This document shows positions 24,939 through 32,000 of a DNA stretch of 32,000 nucleotides, piece after piece. Origin of the DNA: Virgisporangium aliadipatigenens (GTDB taxonomy: Bacteria; Actinomycetota; Actinomycetes; Mycobacteriales; Micromonosporaceae); contig NZ_BOPF01000003.1 of the NCBI RefSeq assembly GCF_016863615.1, positions 467,564 through 499,563 on the forward strand. Reading direction: 5' to 3'. A model generated the notes under the pieces. It saw only the letters and a list, made by a program, of their open reading frames with translations, did no database searches and was not told where the DNA came from. Position numbers and translations under genes: made by a program. Numbering within the stretch: position 1 is the stretch's first letter; every line of letters starts with the position of its first letter.

Positions 24939-26206
24939 GCAGCGAGTGTGCCATTCCCGCCGGTCGGAAGGTCCGCTCTCACGGCGAAGCCGCCGTCCTC
25001 CCGCGGGCCGGCCGTGAGCGTGCCGCCGAGGGCCGCCGCCCGTTCGCGCATGCCGCGCACCCCGTGCCCGGAGCCCTTGCCCGCCTCGGGTACCCGCCCG
25101 GGCGGGTCGTTCTCCACCCGGATCCCCAGCGTGCGCGGGCCGTACTCCAGGGCCACCCGCACCGGTGCGCCGGGCGCGTGGCGCCGCGCGTTGCTCAGCG
25201 ACTCCTGCACGATCCGGTACGCGGCGGCCCCCACCTCGGGAGGCAGGTCCCGGCGCTCGCCGTGGGTCGCCGTGGTCACCTCCGTTCCGGCCGCGCGCAC
25301 CGCGTCGATCATCCGGTCGAACTGGTCCAGTGTCGGCACCGCCGCCCCGTCGGCCGCGCCGTCGCCGCGCAGGACACCGAGCAGGCGCCGCAGGTCGGTC
25401 AGCGCCTCGACGGCCCCCTTGCGGATGGTGACCAGGGTGTCGGCCGCCTCCGGCGACAGGTCGGGGATGCGGTACGGCGCCGTCTCGGCGTGGATCGCGA
25501 TGAGCGACATGTGGTGCGCCACGATGTCGTGCAGCTCCCGGGCGATGCGGGTGCGCTCCTCCAGGATCGAACGGCGCACCCGCTCCTCCTCGTTGGCCCG
25601 TTCGAGGGCGGCGATGCGGGCCGTCGTGCGCCCACGCCCCCGCACGGCCGCCGCGGCGACCAGCACGACCGCCGAGAAGACCGTCATGATCGGCAGCTCC
25701 TCCGAGGCGTTCACCCCGGGCATCCGCTGGACCAGCACCGCGCCCGCGAGCAGGGTGACCAGCCACAGCACCACCGAGGTGAGCGGCCGTACCCGCAGGC
25801 CCACGACGGCCAGCACCACCAGGTGCACCAGCACGCTCGCCTCGGCCCACACCGGGGTGGCGGCGCCCTGACGGAGAAGTTCGCTGACGAAGGGACCGGC
25901 GACCACCGACAACCAGAAGCCGCCGACCGGGCGCACCAGCGCGACCATCAGGGGGACGGCCTGGGCCAGCCCGACCGCGGCCGCGGCCCCCGAACCCTCC
26001 GGCAACGACCCGGCGGTCACGCCCCACACCAGCACGGCGAACGCCAGCACGGCGACGTGCGGCAGGCGGCGCACCCGGCCCTCGAACCGGCCCCACGGCG
26101 GCACCGGTTCACCGGCGGTCGGGTTCAACTCCCGCAGCAGTTCCTTCACGCTGCGCATGGTAGGGAAAGGCCCGGACATCCGCGTCACACCGGGGGACCA
26201 GGCCAC
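24935..26206 (-). CDS. sensor histidine kinase, HisKA_3 (NarX/DesK-like) class, no cognate regulator adjacent
   Basis: H-box ERTRIARELHDIVAHHMS, N-box QESLSNARRHA, G-box GSGHGVRGMRERA, and 4-5 N-terminal TM helices. Start uncertain: GTG 26206, ATG 26179 or ATG 26158. The stop overlaps the aldolase GTG start (GTGA). Confidence 0.85.
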   Translation of the reverse strand: MAWSPGVTRMSGPFPTMRSVKELLRELNPTAGEPVPPWGRFEGRVRRLPHVAVLAFAVLVWGVTAGSLPEGSGAAAAVGLAQAVPLMVALVRPVGGFWLSVVAGPFVSELLRQGAATPVWAEASVLVHLVVLAVVGLRVRPLTSVVLWLVTLLAGAVLVQRMPGVNASEELPIMTVFSAVVLVAAAAVRGRGRTTARIAALERANEEERVRRSILEERTRIARELHDIVAHHMSLIAIHAETAPYRIPDLSPEAADTLVTIRKGAVEALTDLRRLLGVLRGDGAADGAAVPTLDQFDRMIDAVRAAGTEVTTATHGERRDLPPEVGAAAYRIVQESLSNARRHAPGAPVRVALEYGPRTLGIRVENDPPGRVPEAGKGSGHGVRGMRERAAALGGTLTAGPREDGGFAVRADLPTGGNGTLAA

Positions 26207-26283
26207 CTGTCAAACCCTGGTAGCAGGGAAAACGACGTACCGGCCCGCGTCGGCCTGATTAGATGAATGAGTGCCCGGCATCG

Positions 26284-26312
26284 TTAGTGAATCCGTTGGC
26301 GCCCACTAGAAT
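26284..26312 (+). promoter_or_regulatory. candidate promoter for the small peptide gene (and possibly the downstream kinase/regulator genes)
   Basis: TTAGTG (26284-26289), 17-nt spacer, then TAGAAT (26307-26312). The -10 is a perfect match to TAGAPuT. It sits in the lowest-GC stretch of the window, about 40 nt upstream of ATG 26353. Confidence 0.35.
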
Positions 26313-26352
26313 TTGCGGACAGACCCGCGTCAGCGAGAACGAGGTCGATGTC

Positions 26353-26508
26353 ATGAAGAAGTTCGCCAAGCCAGTCGCGATCCTACTTCTCGTGTTCATG
26401 ATCGCATTCCGCCCGGGGGAGAGCGCAGACGCCGTGAAGAACATCGTCGGGGTCTTCGGCGACATGGCCGACGGCGCCGGGACGTTCCTCACGAGCCTGC
26501 TGCAGTAG
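26353..26508 (+). CDS. 51-aa small hydrophobic / possibly secreted peptide
   Basis: ATG 26353 is preceded by gagg with 8-nt spacing. MKKFAKPVAILLLVFMIAFRPGESADAVKNIVGVFGDMADGAGTFLTSLLQ has a signal-peptide-like K-rich n-region, a hydrophobic core and an A-x-A-like ADA. Several rare codons (cca, cta, ctt, gca). The upstream part of ORF 26263..26508 looks non-coding. Confidence 0.45.
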   Translation: MKKFAKPVAILLLVFMIAFRPGESADAVKNIVGVFGDMADGAGTFLTSLLQ

Positions 26509-26513
26509 GGCGC

Positions 26514-26600
26514 CTAGCCCCACACCTCCTGCGCGGTACGTGCGTCACCGGGCGCGCTGCCGCCGGTGCACGGATTGAGCTCGCGTTGATCAACCGGGTA
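26514..26600 (-). pseudogene. orphan 3'-end relic of a methionine synthase II-like gene
   Basis: The minus strand reads ...TAQEVWG-TAG. That is the same last 7 residues plus a stop as the gene ending at 31103. A 19-nt exact match (26516-26534 = 31105-31123) covers the stop codon's last base and the final six codons. Upstream similarity is weak (ELNPCTGGS versus LSPQCGFSS). Confidence 0.3.
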
Positions 26601-26611
26601 ATGTCGGTCCG

Positions 26612-27769
26612 ATGAACGTGCTGGCAGCGCTGGTCGCGTTCGTTTTCGCTGCCCTTGGTGTCAGTCTCAGCACCGAGGGCATCTTCCGGCCGTCGGAGCT
26701 CCTTCCCGGTGCGGTGCTGAGCCTGGTGGCGAGTCTCGCCCTGCTGGCGGCCGTTCGCTATCCACGCGCCGCGACCGTCGTCGCGATCTGCTGCGAGACC
26801 GCCGCCTGCGCGGCCGGTTACCTGCCGACGCCCTTGCTGCTGGCCCCCCTGATCGGATGCCTGTACCGGCTGACGGTTCTCGGCGGCCCCGGGGCGGCCG
26901 GCTGGTGGACCGGCGTCGCGGTGATCGCGGTGATCGTGGGCGGGATGACGAGCGACCCGAAACCGACGGGCGGGTCGCTGCTCCTGCGCACCGTCGGTGT
27001 CGCCTTCTGGCTGTTGCCGGCGGTGTTCGCCGGGAGAATGACCCACGCCCAACGGGCGTACCTCCAGATGGTCCAGGCCCGTGCCGAGGATGCCGAACGC
27101 AGCCGGGACGGCGACATGCGCCGCCGGTTGAGCGAGGAACGGCTGCGCATCGCCCGCGACCTGCACGATGTGGTCGCGCATCACATCGCCGTCGCGAACG
27201 CCCAGGCCGGGACCGCCGCTCATCTGCTGGCGAAGCGTCCCGAGCAGGCACACGAGTTGCTTGCCGGGCTGGGCGGCTCGACCGCGGCCGCGTTGCGGGA
27301 ACTCAAGGCGACCGTAGGACTGCTCCGCAATCCCGGCGACGACTCCCCGACGGGCACCGCGCCGGCGCCCGGACTCGACCGGCTCCCGGGGGTGATCGAG
27401 GCGTGCCGGGCGGCCGGGCTTGACGTCTCCGTGGTCAGCAACGGAACGGCGCGGCGCCTGCCGCCGCTGGTCGAGCTCACCGCGTTCAGGATCATCCAGG
27501 AAGCGTTGACCAACGTCACCAAGCACGCGGTGCGCCCGGTCGTCACGATCTCCCTGGAGTATGGGGAGGACACCTTCTCCGCCGAGGTGCGCAACACCTC
27601 TGCCCTCCCCGCCCCGGCGGGAGCGGGAGGTTATGGACTCATCGGCATGCGCGAACGGGTTCACGCGGTCGGCGGGTCCGTCCGGGCGGGGCCGGCCGGC
27701 CCGGATCAGTACGCGGTCTCCTTCACCATCCCTCTGGCCCCGTGGCAGGAAGATCAGGAAGCCCGATGA
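26612..27769 (+). CDS. sensor histidine kinase, HisKA_3 class
   Basis: H-box ERLRIARDLHDVVAHHIA, N-box QEALTNVTKHA, G-box GGYGLIGMRERV, and about five N-terminal TM helices. Confidence 0.9.
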   Translation: MNVLAALVAFVFAALGVSLSTEGIFRPSELLPGAVLSLVASLALLAAVRYPRAATVVAICCETAACAAGYLPTPLLLAPLIGCLYRLTVLGGPGAAGWWTGVAVIAVIVGGMTSDPKPTGGSLLLRTVGVAFWLLPAVFAGRMTHAQRAYLQMVQARAEDAERSRDGDMRRRLSEERLRIARDLHDVVAHHIAVANAQAGTAAHLLAKRPEQAHELLAGLGGSTAAALRELKATVGLLRNPGDDSPTGTAPAPGLDRLPGVIEACRAAGLDVSVVSNGTARRLPPLVELTAFRIIQEALTNVTKHAVRPVVTISLEYGEDTFSAEVRNTSALPAPAGAGGYGLIGMRERVHAVGGSVRAGPAGPDQYAVSFTIPLAPWQEDQEAR

Positions 27770-28428
27770 TTCAGATCCTTCTCGCCGACGACCAGGCGCT
27801 GCTGCGCTCGACGTTCCGCATGCTGATCGACTCCTGCGACGACATGACGGTCGTCGCCGAGGCCGCGAACGGCGAGGAGGCGGTCGACCTCGCCCGGCGG
27901 CACCGGCCGGAGCTGGTCCTGATGGACATCCGGATGCCCGTCTCCGACGGACTGATCGCGACGCAGCGCATTTGTTCCACGCCCGACCTGGCACACACGC
28001 GCGTACTGATCCTCACCACGTTCGAGACCGACGAGTACGTGGCCCGCGCGCTCGAAGCCGGCGCCAGCGGCTTTCTCGGCAAGGACGTCACGCCCGAGGT
28101 CCTGCTCGCCGGGATCCGGACCGTGGTCGGCGGCGAGGCGCTGCTCTCGCCGTTGGCCACCCGCGCGTTGATCGACCGCTTCCTGTCCGCCCCCGGCAGC
28201 AGCCGCGAGCCGCTGCGGGGATCGCTGGCCACGCTGACCGAGAGGGAGCGTGAGATCACTGCACTTGCCGCTCATGGCCTGTCGAACCAGGAGATCGCCG
28301 AGCGGCTGGTCCTGAGCCCGCTGACGGTCCGGACGCACATCCACCGGGCGATGATGAAGGTGCAGGCCCGCGACCGCGCCCAGTTGGTCGTCGCTGCCTA
28401 CCAGCAAGGGCTGGTGCAGGTGCGCTAG
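27766..28428 (+). CDS. NarL/LuxR-family response regulator
   Basis: ATG 27766 overlaps the kinase stop (ATGA). Receiver motifs: MIQILLADDQALLR, LVLMDIRMP (phospho-Asp), LILTTFE. LuxR HTH: LTEREREITALAAHGLSNQEIAERLVLSPLTVRTHIHRAMMKV. Confidence 0.92.
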   Translation: MIQILLADDQALLRSTFRMLIDSCDDMTVVAEAANGEEAVDLARRHRPELVLMDIRMPVSDGLIATQRICSTPDLAHTRVLILTTFETDEYVARALEAGASGFLGKDVTPEVLLAGIRTVVGGEALLSPLATRALIDRFLSAPGSSREPLRGSLATLTEREREITALAAHGLSNQEIAERLVLSPLTVRTHIHRAMMKVQARDRAQLVVAAYQQGLVQVR

Positions 28429-28456
28429 GGCCGTCGCGGCATGTTCGGCGGGTGCG

Positions 28457-28489
28457 CCTCAGGGCCGCGCCGGGGGCGCGGCCCTGAGG
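28457..28489. terminator. bidirectional intrinsic terminator hairpin (15-bp perfect stem, 3-nt loop)
   Basis: cctcagggccgcgcc-ggg-ggcgcggccctgagg. It sits 29 nt after the regulator TAG and between convergent transcription units. Confidence 0.7.
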
Positions 28490-28519
28490 TAGGTCACCCG
28501 CGAGAGGTGCCGGATCGAT

Positions 28520-28762
28520 CTAGTGACAACCGGCCGCCGGCCCGCAGCCCGGCTTGGTCGTGGTGGTGCGGGCGACCGGTGTGTGCGGGTCGCACGTGAG
28601 ACAGATGTACGTCGTGCTCCGGATCAACTGAAGGGTGCAATTGAACCCGGTATAGATGTGGGCTACGAGCGTCGTCTGGCACGTGGCGCACCGGCGTGGC
28701 CCGCGCTCCTCCACGACGTCTCGGTGCACCGCGGTCGGCGCGGGCGAATCGCGCTCGGTCAT
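28520..28762 (-). CDS. 80-aa Cys-rich (double CxxC, zinc-ribbon-like) small protein
   Basis: ATG at 28760-28762 overlaps the MMPL TGA (ATGA). The sequence is MTERDSPAPTAVHRDVVEERGPRRCATCQ...YICLTCDPHTPVARTTTTKPGCGPAAGCH. GC3 is mostly high, but a rare-codon, lower-GC patch lies around 28600-28660. Only the last 80 codons of ORF 28520..28945 are used. Confidence 0.45.
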   Translation of the reverse strand: MTERDSPAPTAVHRDVVEERGPRRCATCQTTLVAHIYTGFNCTLQLIRSTTYICLTCDPHTPVARTTTTKPGCGPAAGCH

Positions 28763-30942
28763 CGGCCGATGCTCACTCGAGCCGGCCGCGGCCGCTGTTC
28801 GCTCAGCGACTCGCCCTCCACGTCGACGTGCGGCAGCGCCCGGTCGAGTCGTCGTGGCAGCCACCAGGCCCGTTCCCCGAGCAGCCGCAGGACGGCGGGC
28901 ACCAGCGTCAGGCGGACCACGAACGCATCGAAGAAGACCGCGCACGCGAGCCCGAGGCCCACCATCTTGATCAGCGGCTCGTGAGCGGCAGCAAACCCAC
29001 CGAACACCGCAATCATGATGACGGCGGCCGCGACGACGACCTTCGCGCTCTGCTCGAAACCGGTGACGATCGCTTCGTCAGCCGGCCTGCCGTGGGCGTG
29101 GGCCTCGCGCATCCGCGACACCAGGAAGACTTCGTAGTCCATCGCCAGGCCGAACACGATGCCCACCAGAAGAATCGGCATCAGGCTCATCACCGGCCCG
29201 GTCTGCTCGACGCCGAGCAGGTCCGCCGCCCAGCCCCACTGGAACACCGCGACGATCACTCCGAGCGCGGCGAAGAGCGACAGCAGGAAGCCGAGGGCCG
29301 CCTTGACCGGCACCCAGACGGAACGGAACACCACCAGCAGAAGCAGTACGGCCAGACCGATCACGATCGCCACGTACGGCACGAGCGCCGACCGTGTCTT
29401 GCGCGCCATGTCGATGTCCAGCGCGGTGCTGCCAGTGATTTCGTACCGAACGTGCTGGGCGGCCTCCACGTCCGGGCGTACGGTGCGCAGCCGCTCCACC
29501 AGATCTTCGGTGCGTTCGTCGGTCGGACCGGTCGAGGGCACGGCGGTGAGGATCGCCGTGTCGCCCTTCTGGTTGAAGGTCGCCTTCGACACCGACACCA
29601 CGCCGTTGACCTTTCTGATGCTGTCCGCCACGGTCTCCACCGCGGCCTGCGGTTCCTCCGCGCCGCGCGCGTCGACCACCACCGTCAGCGGACCGTTGAA
29701 CCCGGGCCCGAACGCCGCGGCCCGCAGGTCGAACGCGCGTCGCTGGGTTTGCGTCACCGGCAGCGACGCATCCCCCGGGGTGCCGAGTCGCAGCGACAGG
29801 GCCGGAACGGCGATCGTGGCCAGCACCGCGACACCTGCCAGCGTGATCGCAAGCGGACGGCGCAGCACCAGCCCCATCCAGCGGCGCGCCACCGGGTGGA
29901 TGACAGAGCTGTGGACGCCGCCACGGCGTTGCGCTCGCGCCAGGACCATGTTCGGCGCGAAGCCCAACAACGCCGGAACCAGGGTCAGCGCTACCAGGAC
30001 GGCCACCACCACCGCGCCGGCGGCGGCAAGACCCATCTTCGCCAGCGACGGGATCCCCACCACGCAGAGCCCGGCGAGCGCGATCACCACGGTCGTCCCG
30101 GCGAAGGCCACCGCCGAGCCGGCCGTTCCCGCCGCACGACGGGCCGCCTGCTCGGCGTCGTGTGTGCTGTGGCGCTCCTCCCGGTAACGCGAGACGACGA
30201 ACATCGCGTAGTCGATGCCTACCGCCAGCCCCAGCATCAGTGCGAGCATGCCGCTGGTGATCGCCATGTTTAGCGGACCGGCCACCGCCCAGACGCCGAG
30301 GAACGATATGGCGACCCCGATGATCGCCGTGATCAGCGGCAGGCCCGCCGCCACCATCGAGCCGAAGGTCATCAGCAGCACGACCGCGGCGATCGCCACC
30401 CCGGCGAGTTCCATGGCACTCATCTTGGTGCCGGTCTTGAGCGCCGAGCCGGACATCTCGGCCGTCAATCCGGCGCTGCGTGCCTGCGACACCGCCTTCT
30501 CCAACGCGGCGCGTGACTCCGCCGTGACCTCGGACGACGGCACCCCGTACGACACCGACGCGAAGCCGGTCGAACCGTCGATACTGATGCTCCCGCCGGG
30601 TGAGGGCGCGACGACCCGCACCACCTGTGGACCGCCGGAGACCGCCGCGAGCGCCGCTTCGATGGCCTTCGCGTTCTCCGCGGACGTCACTACCTCACCC
30701 GGCGGCGCAACGAACACCATGGTCGCCGACGCACCGTCCGCGGCGGTACCGGGAAAGCGCTCCGCGATGAGGTCGGACGCCTCCTGCGACTCGATTCCCG
30801 GCATGGTCGCCCTGGTACTGACCGGGCCATCCGACTTGACGGCGACCGCCACCGCCGCGCCGAGCGCGATCAGCCACAGTGCAACGACCAACCACCGCCG
30901 GCGATAGGAAAAACCACCAAGACGACTGAGCATGCCTGCCAT
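28759..30942 (-). CDS. MMPL-family (RND superfamily) membrane transporter
   Basis: N-terminus MAGMLSRLGGFSYRRRWLVVALWLIALGAAV is typical of MMPL proteins. There are two blocks of about 6 TM helices, each preceded by a soluble loop. Start at ATG 30942 (GGAG 9 nt upstream) is preferred over 30957. Confidence 0.9.
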   Translation of the reverse strand: MAGMLSRLGGFSYRRRWLVVALWLIALGAAVAVAVKSDGPVSTRATMPGIESQEASDLIAERFPGTAADGASATMVFVAPPGEVVTSAENAKAIEAALAAVSGGPQVVRVVAPSPGGSISIDGSTGFASVSYGVPSSEVTAESRAALEKAVSQARSAGLTAEMSGSALKTGTKMSAMELAGVAIAAVVLLMTFGSMVAAGLPLITAIIGVAISFLGVWAVAGPLNMAITSGMLALMLGLAVGIDYAMFVVSRYREERHSTHDAEQAARRAAGTAGSAVAFAGTTVVIALAGLCVVGIPSLAKMGLAAAGAVVVAVLVALTLVPALLGFAPNMVLARAQRRGGVHSSVIHPVARRWMGLVLRRPLAITLAGVAVLATIAVPALSLRLGTPGDASLPVTQTQRRAFDLRAAAFGPGFNGPLTVVVDARGAEEPQAAVETVADSIRKVNGVVSVSKATFNQKGDTAILTAVPSTGPTDERTEDLVERLRTVRPDVEAAQHVRYEITGSTALDIDMARKTRSALVPYVAIVIGLAVLLLLVVFRSVWVPVKAALGFLLSLFAALGVIVAVFQWGWAADLLGVEQTGPVMSLMPILLVGIVFGLAMDYEVFLVSRMREAHAHGRPADEAIVTGFEQSAKVVVAAAVIMIAVFGGFAAAHEPLIKMVGLGLACAVFFDAFVVRLTLVPAVLRLLGERAWWLPRRLDRALPHVDVEGESLSEQRPRPARVSIGR

Positions 30943-31028
30943 GGCACGACACTCCATTTCTTTCTCGAAGGTCGCCCACAGCCTCCTTTCCCGGCCCCAC
31001 CCACGTCGTCGTGCAGGTGCAGGCTCCG

Positions 31029-31089
31029 AATACGAAGATCGCAGTACGAAGGTCGCCCGGCGACGGCAGTACCTTCGTGCATACTTCGG
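31029..31089. promoter_or_regulatory. cluster of TACGAAG(G/A)TCGC direct and inverted repeats upstream of the MMPL gene
   Basis: Tandem 14-mers aatacgaagatcgc (31029-31042) and agtacgaaggtcgc (31043-31056). An inverted copy accttcgt (31071-31078) pairs with acgaaggt (31046-31053). A further copy ctcgaaggtcgccc lies at 30964-30977. The position is 70-150 nt upstream of the MMPL start and just after the upstream gene's stop. Confidence 0.3.
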
Positions 31090-31102
31090 CCCGAGGGCTG
31101 TC

Positions 31103-32000
31103 TCAGCCCCACACCTCCTGCGCCGTCTCGACGATGAGCCGCAGCTTCGCGACCTGCTCGTCGTAGCTGAGGTTGTTGCCCTCCACCGTGGACGAGAAGC
31201 CGCACTGCGGCGACAGGCACAGCTGCTCCAGCGGCACGTAGCGGCTCGCCTCGTCGATGCGCCGCTTGAGCGTGTCCTTGTCCTCCAGCGCGCCGCTCTT
31301 CGTGGTCACCAGCCCCAGCACCACCTGCTTGCCCGGTGGCACGAAGCGCAGCGGGGCGAACCCGCCGGAGCGCTCGTCGTCGTACTCCAGGAAGAAGCCG
31401 TCGACGGCGAGCTCGCTGAAGAGCGCCTCGGCCACGAAGTCGTAGCCGCCGCTCGCGGCCCACGCCGAGCGGAAGTTGCCCCGGCACATGTGCGTGGTGA
31501 CGGCCATGTCGGCGGGCCGGCCGGCGAGCGCGGCGTTGATCTGGCGGATGTAGCGCTCGTGCTGGTGCTCGGCGTCGTCGCCGCGCTTGTTGATCATGTC
31601 GCGCTGGGCGGGGTCGTTGAGGTACGCCAGGCTGGTGTCGTCGAACTGCAGGTACGTGCAGCCCAGCTCGCCCAGCCGCCGCACCTGCTCGGCGTACGCG
31701 GCCGACAGGTCGGCCCAGAACTGCTCCATGTCGGGGTAGATCGCCGGGTCGATCGCGGCGGGACCGCCCCGGTAGTGGACCATGCTCGGCGACGGGACGG
31801 TCAGTTTGGGCGTTCCCGAGGAGGCTGTTTCCCTGAGGAACGTGAACGCGTCACCGAAGATCGTCTCCTCGACCCGGATCGGGCCGTCGACCCGCAGTGC
31901 GGCGGAGGTGAAGCTGAGGTCGTCGTCCTTGGTGTGGAACTGGACCTCGATCTTCTCGTCGGTGGGGCGGATGCCACCGAGCTGGTAGATGAAGTCCATG
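31103..32000 (-). CDS. cobalamin-independent methionine synthase II family protein (MetE C-terminal-domain-like), 5' end outside window
   Basis: Zinc-ligand contexts THMCRGN and LCLSPQCGF, plus TYLQFDD and GFFLEYDDERSGGF. From my memory of this family's typical length, the Met at 31999 is probably internal, with several tens of N-terminal residues lying outside the window. Confidence 0.85.
   Translation of the reverse strand, partial: MDFIYQLGGIRPTDEKIEVQFHTKDDDLSFTSAALRVDGPIRVEETIFGDAFTFLRETASSGTPKLTVPSPSMVHYRGGPAAIDPAIYPDMEQFWADLSAAYAEQVRRLGELGCTYLQFDDTSLAYLNDPAQRDMINKRGDDAEHQHERYIRQINAALAGRPADMAVTTHMCRGNFRSAWAASGGYDFVAEALFSELAVDGFFLEYDDERSGGFAPLRFVPPGKQVVLGLVTTKSGALEDKDTLKRRIDEASRYVPLEQLCLSPQCGFSSTVEGNNLSYDEQVAKLRLIVETAQEVWG

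Noticed and set aside
28494-28691. 65-aa minus-strand ORF overlapping the Cys-rich ORF in another frame.
   Set aside because: His/Pro/Arg-rich with a GTG start and no coupling to the MMPL stop. The alternative frame has an ATGA junction and an ordered Cys pattern. Neither frame is proven, so I kept only the better-supported one.
28696-30907. Plus-strand ORFs 28696..30273 (525 aa), 29159..30187 and 30215..30907.
   Set aside because: They are antisense to the MMPL gene, whose frame gives a textbook 12-TM MMPL layout. The plus-strand products are Arg/His/Asp- or Ser/Ala/Thr-rich junk.
26516-31123. Calling the repeat-bounded 4.6-kb segment a mobile element or integrative island.
   Set aside because: No integrase, transposase, excisionase or terminal inverted repeats are visible. 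It is reported only as a finding about a possible old insertion or rearrangement.
1-32000. Scan for tRNA, rRNA, riboswitch and CRISPR signatures.
   Set aside because: I found no T-loop GGTTCGAATCC-like elements, no rRNA-like stretches and no spaced repeat arrays. The likely riboswitch location for the methionine synthase-like gene lies outside the window.

Overview
Very GC-rich (by eye over 70% G+C, strong GC3 bias) actinomycete chromosomal DNA. A methyl-accepting chemotaxis gene hints at a motile-spore Micromonosporaceae/Actinoplanes-like host. I support about 30 protein genes. I saw no rRNA, tRNA, CRISPR array, transposase or integrase. Most long ORFs in the track are Arg/Pro/Gly/Ala-rich antisense or off-frame shadows typical of high-GC DNA.

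Left to right:
- partial membrane protein
- maltokinase-cap-like protein
- two hypothetical genes
- unusual membrane-anchored PNP_UDP-type nucleosidase
- MCP
- decayed acyltransferase-3 relic
- PNPOx-like protein
- amidohydrolase/aldo-keto reductase/SDR trio (L-fucose-type sugar-acid route)
- secreted ricin-type lectin
- island of three STAND NTPases (HTH-NB-ARC-TPR, SARP-NB-ARC-TPR, membrane-embedded NACHT) with a small SARP regulator and two tandem paralogous 152-aa proteins
- sulfonate-type ABC transporter plus LLM monooxygenase operon
- threonine aldolase family gene
- orphan HisKA_3 kinase
- low-GC spacer with a 51-aa peptide gene
- second HisKA_3 kinase with a LuxR-type response regulator
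- Cys-rich small ORF coupled to an MMPL transporter
- 5'-truncated cobalamin-independent methionine synthase-like gene

Best candidates for something undescribed:
1. The SARP / NACHT-transmembrane / tandem small-protein module at 15.8-19.8 kb.
2. The nucleosidase-TM-extracytoplasmic domain protein at 2.7-4.4 kb.
3. A 4.6-kb two-component-system/MMPL cassette bounded by direct copies of the methionine-synthase-like 3' end.

All functional calls come from motif recognition by eye. No database search was run.
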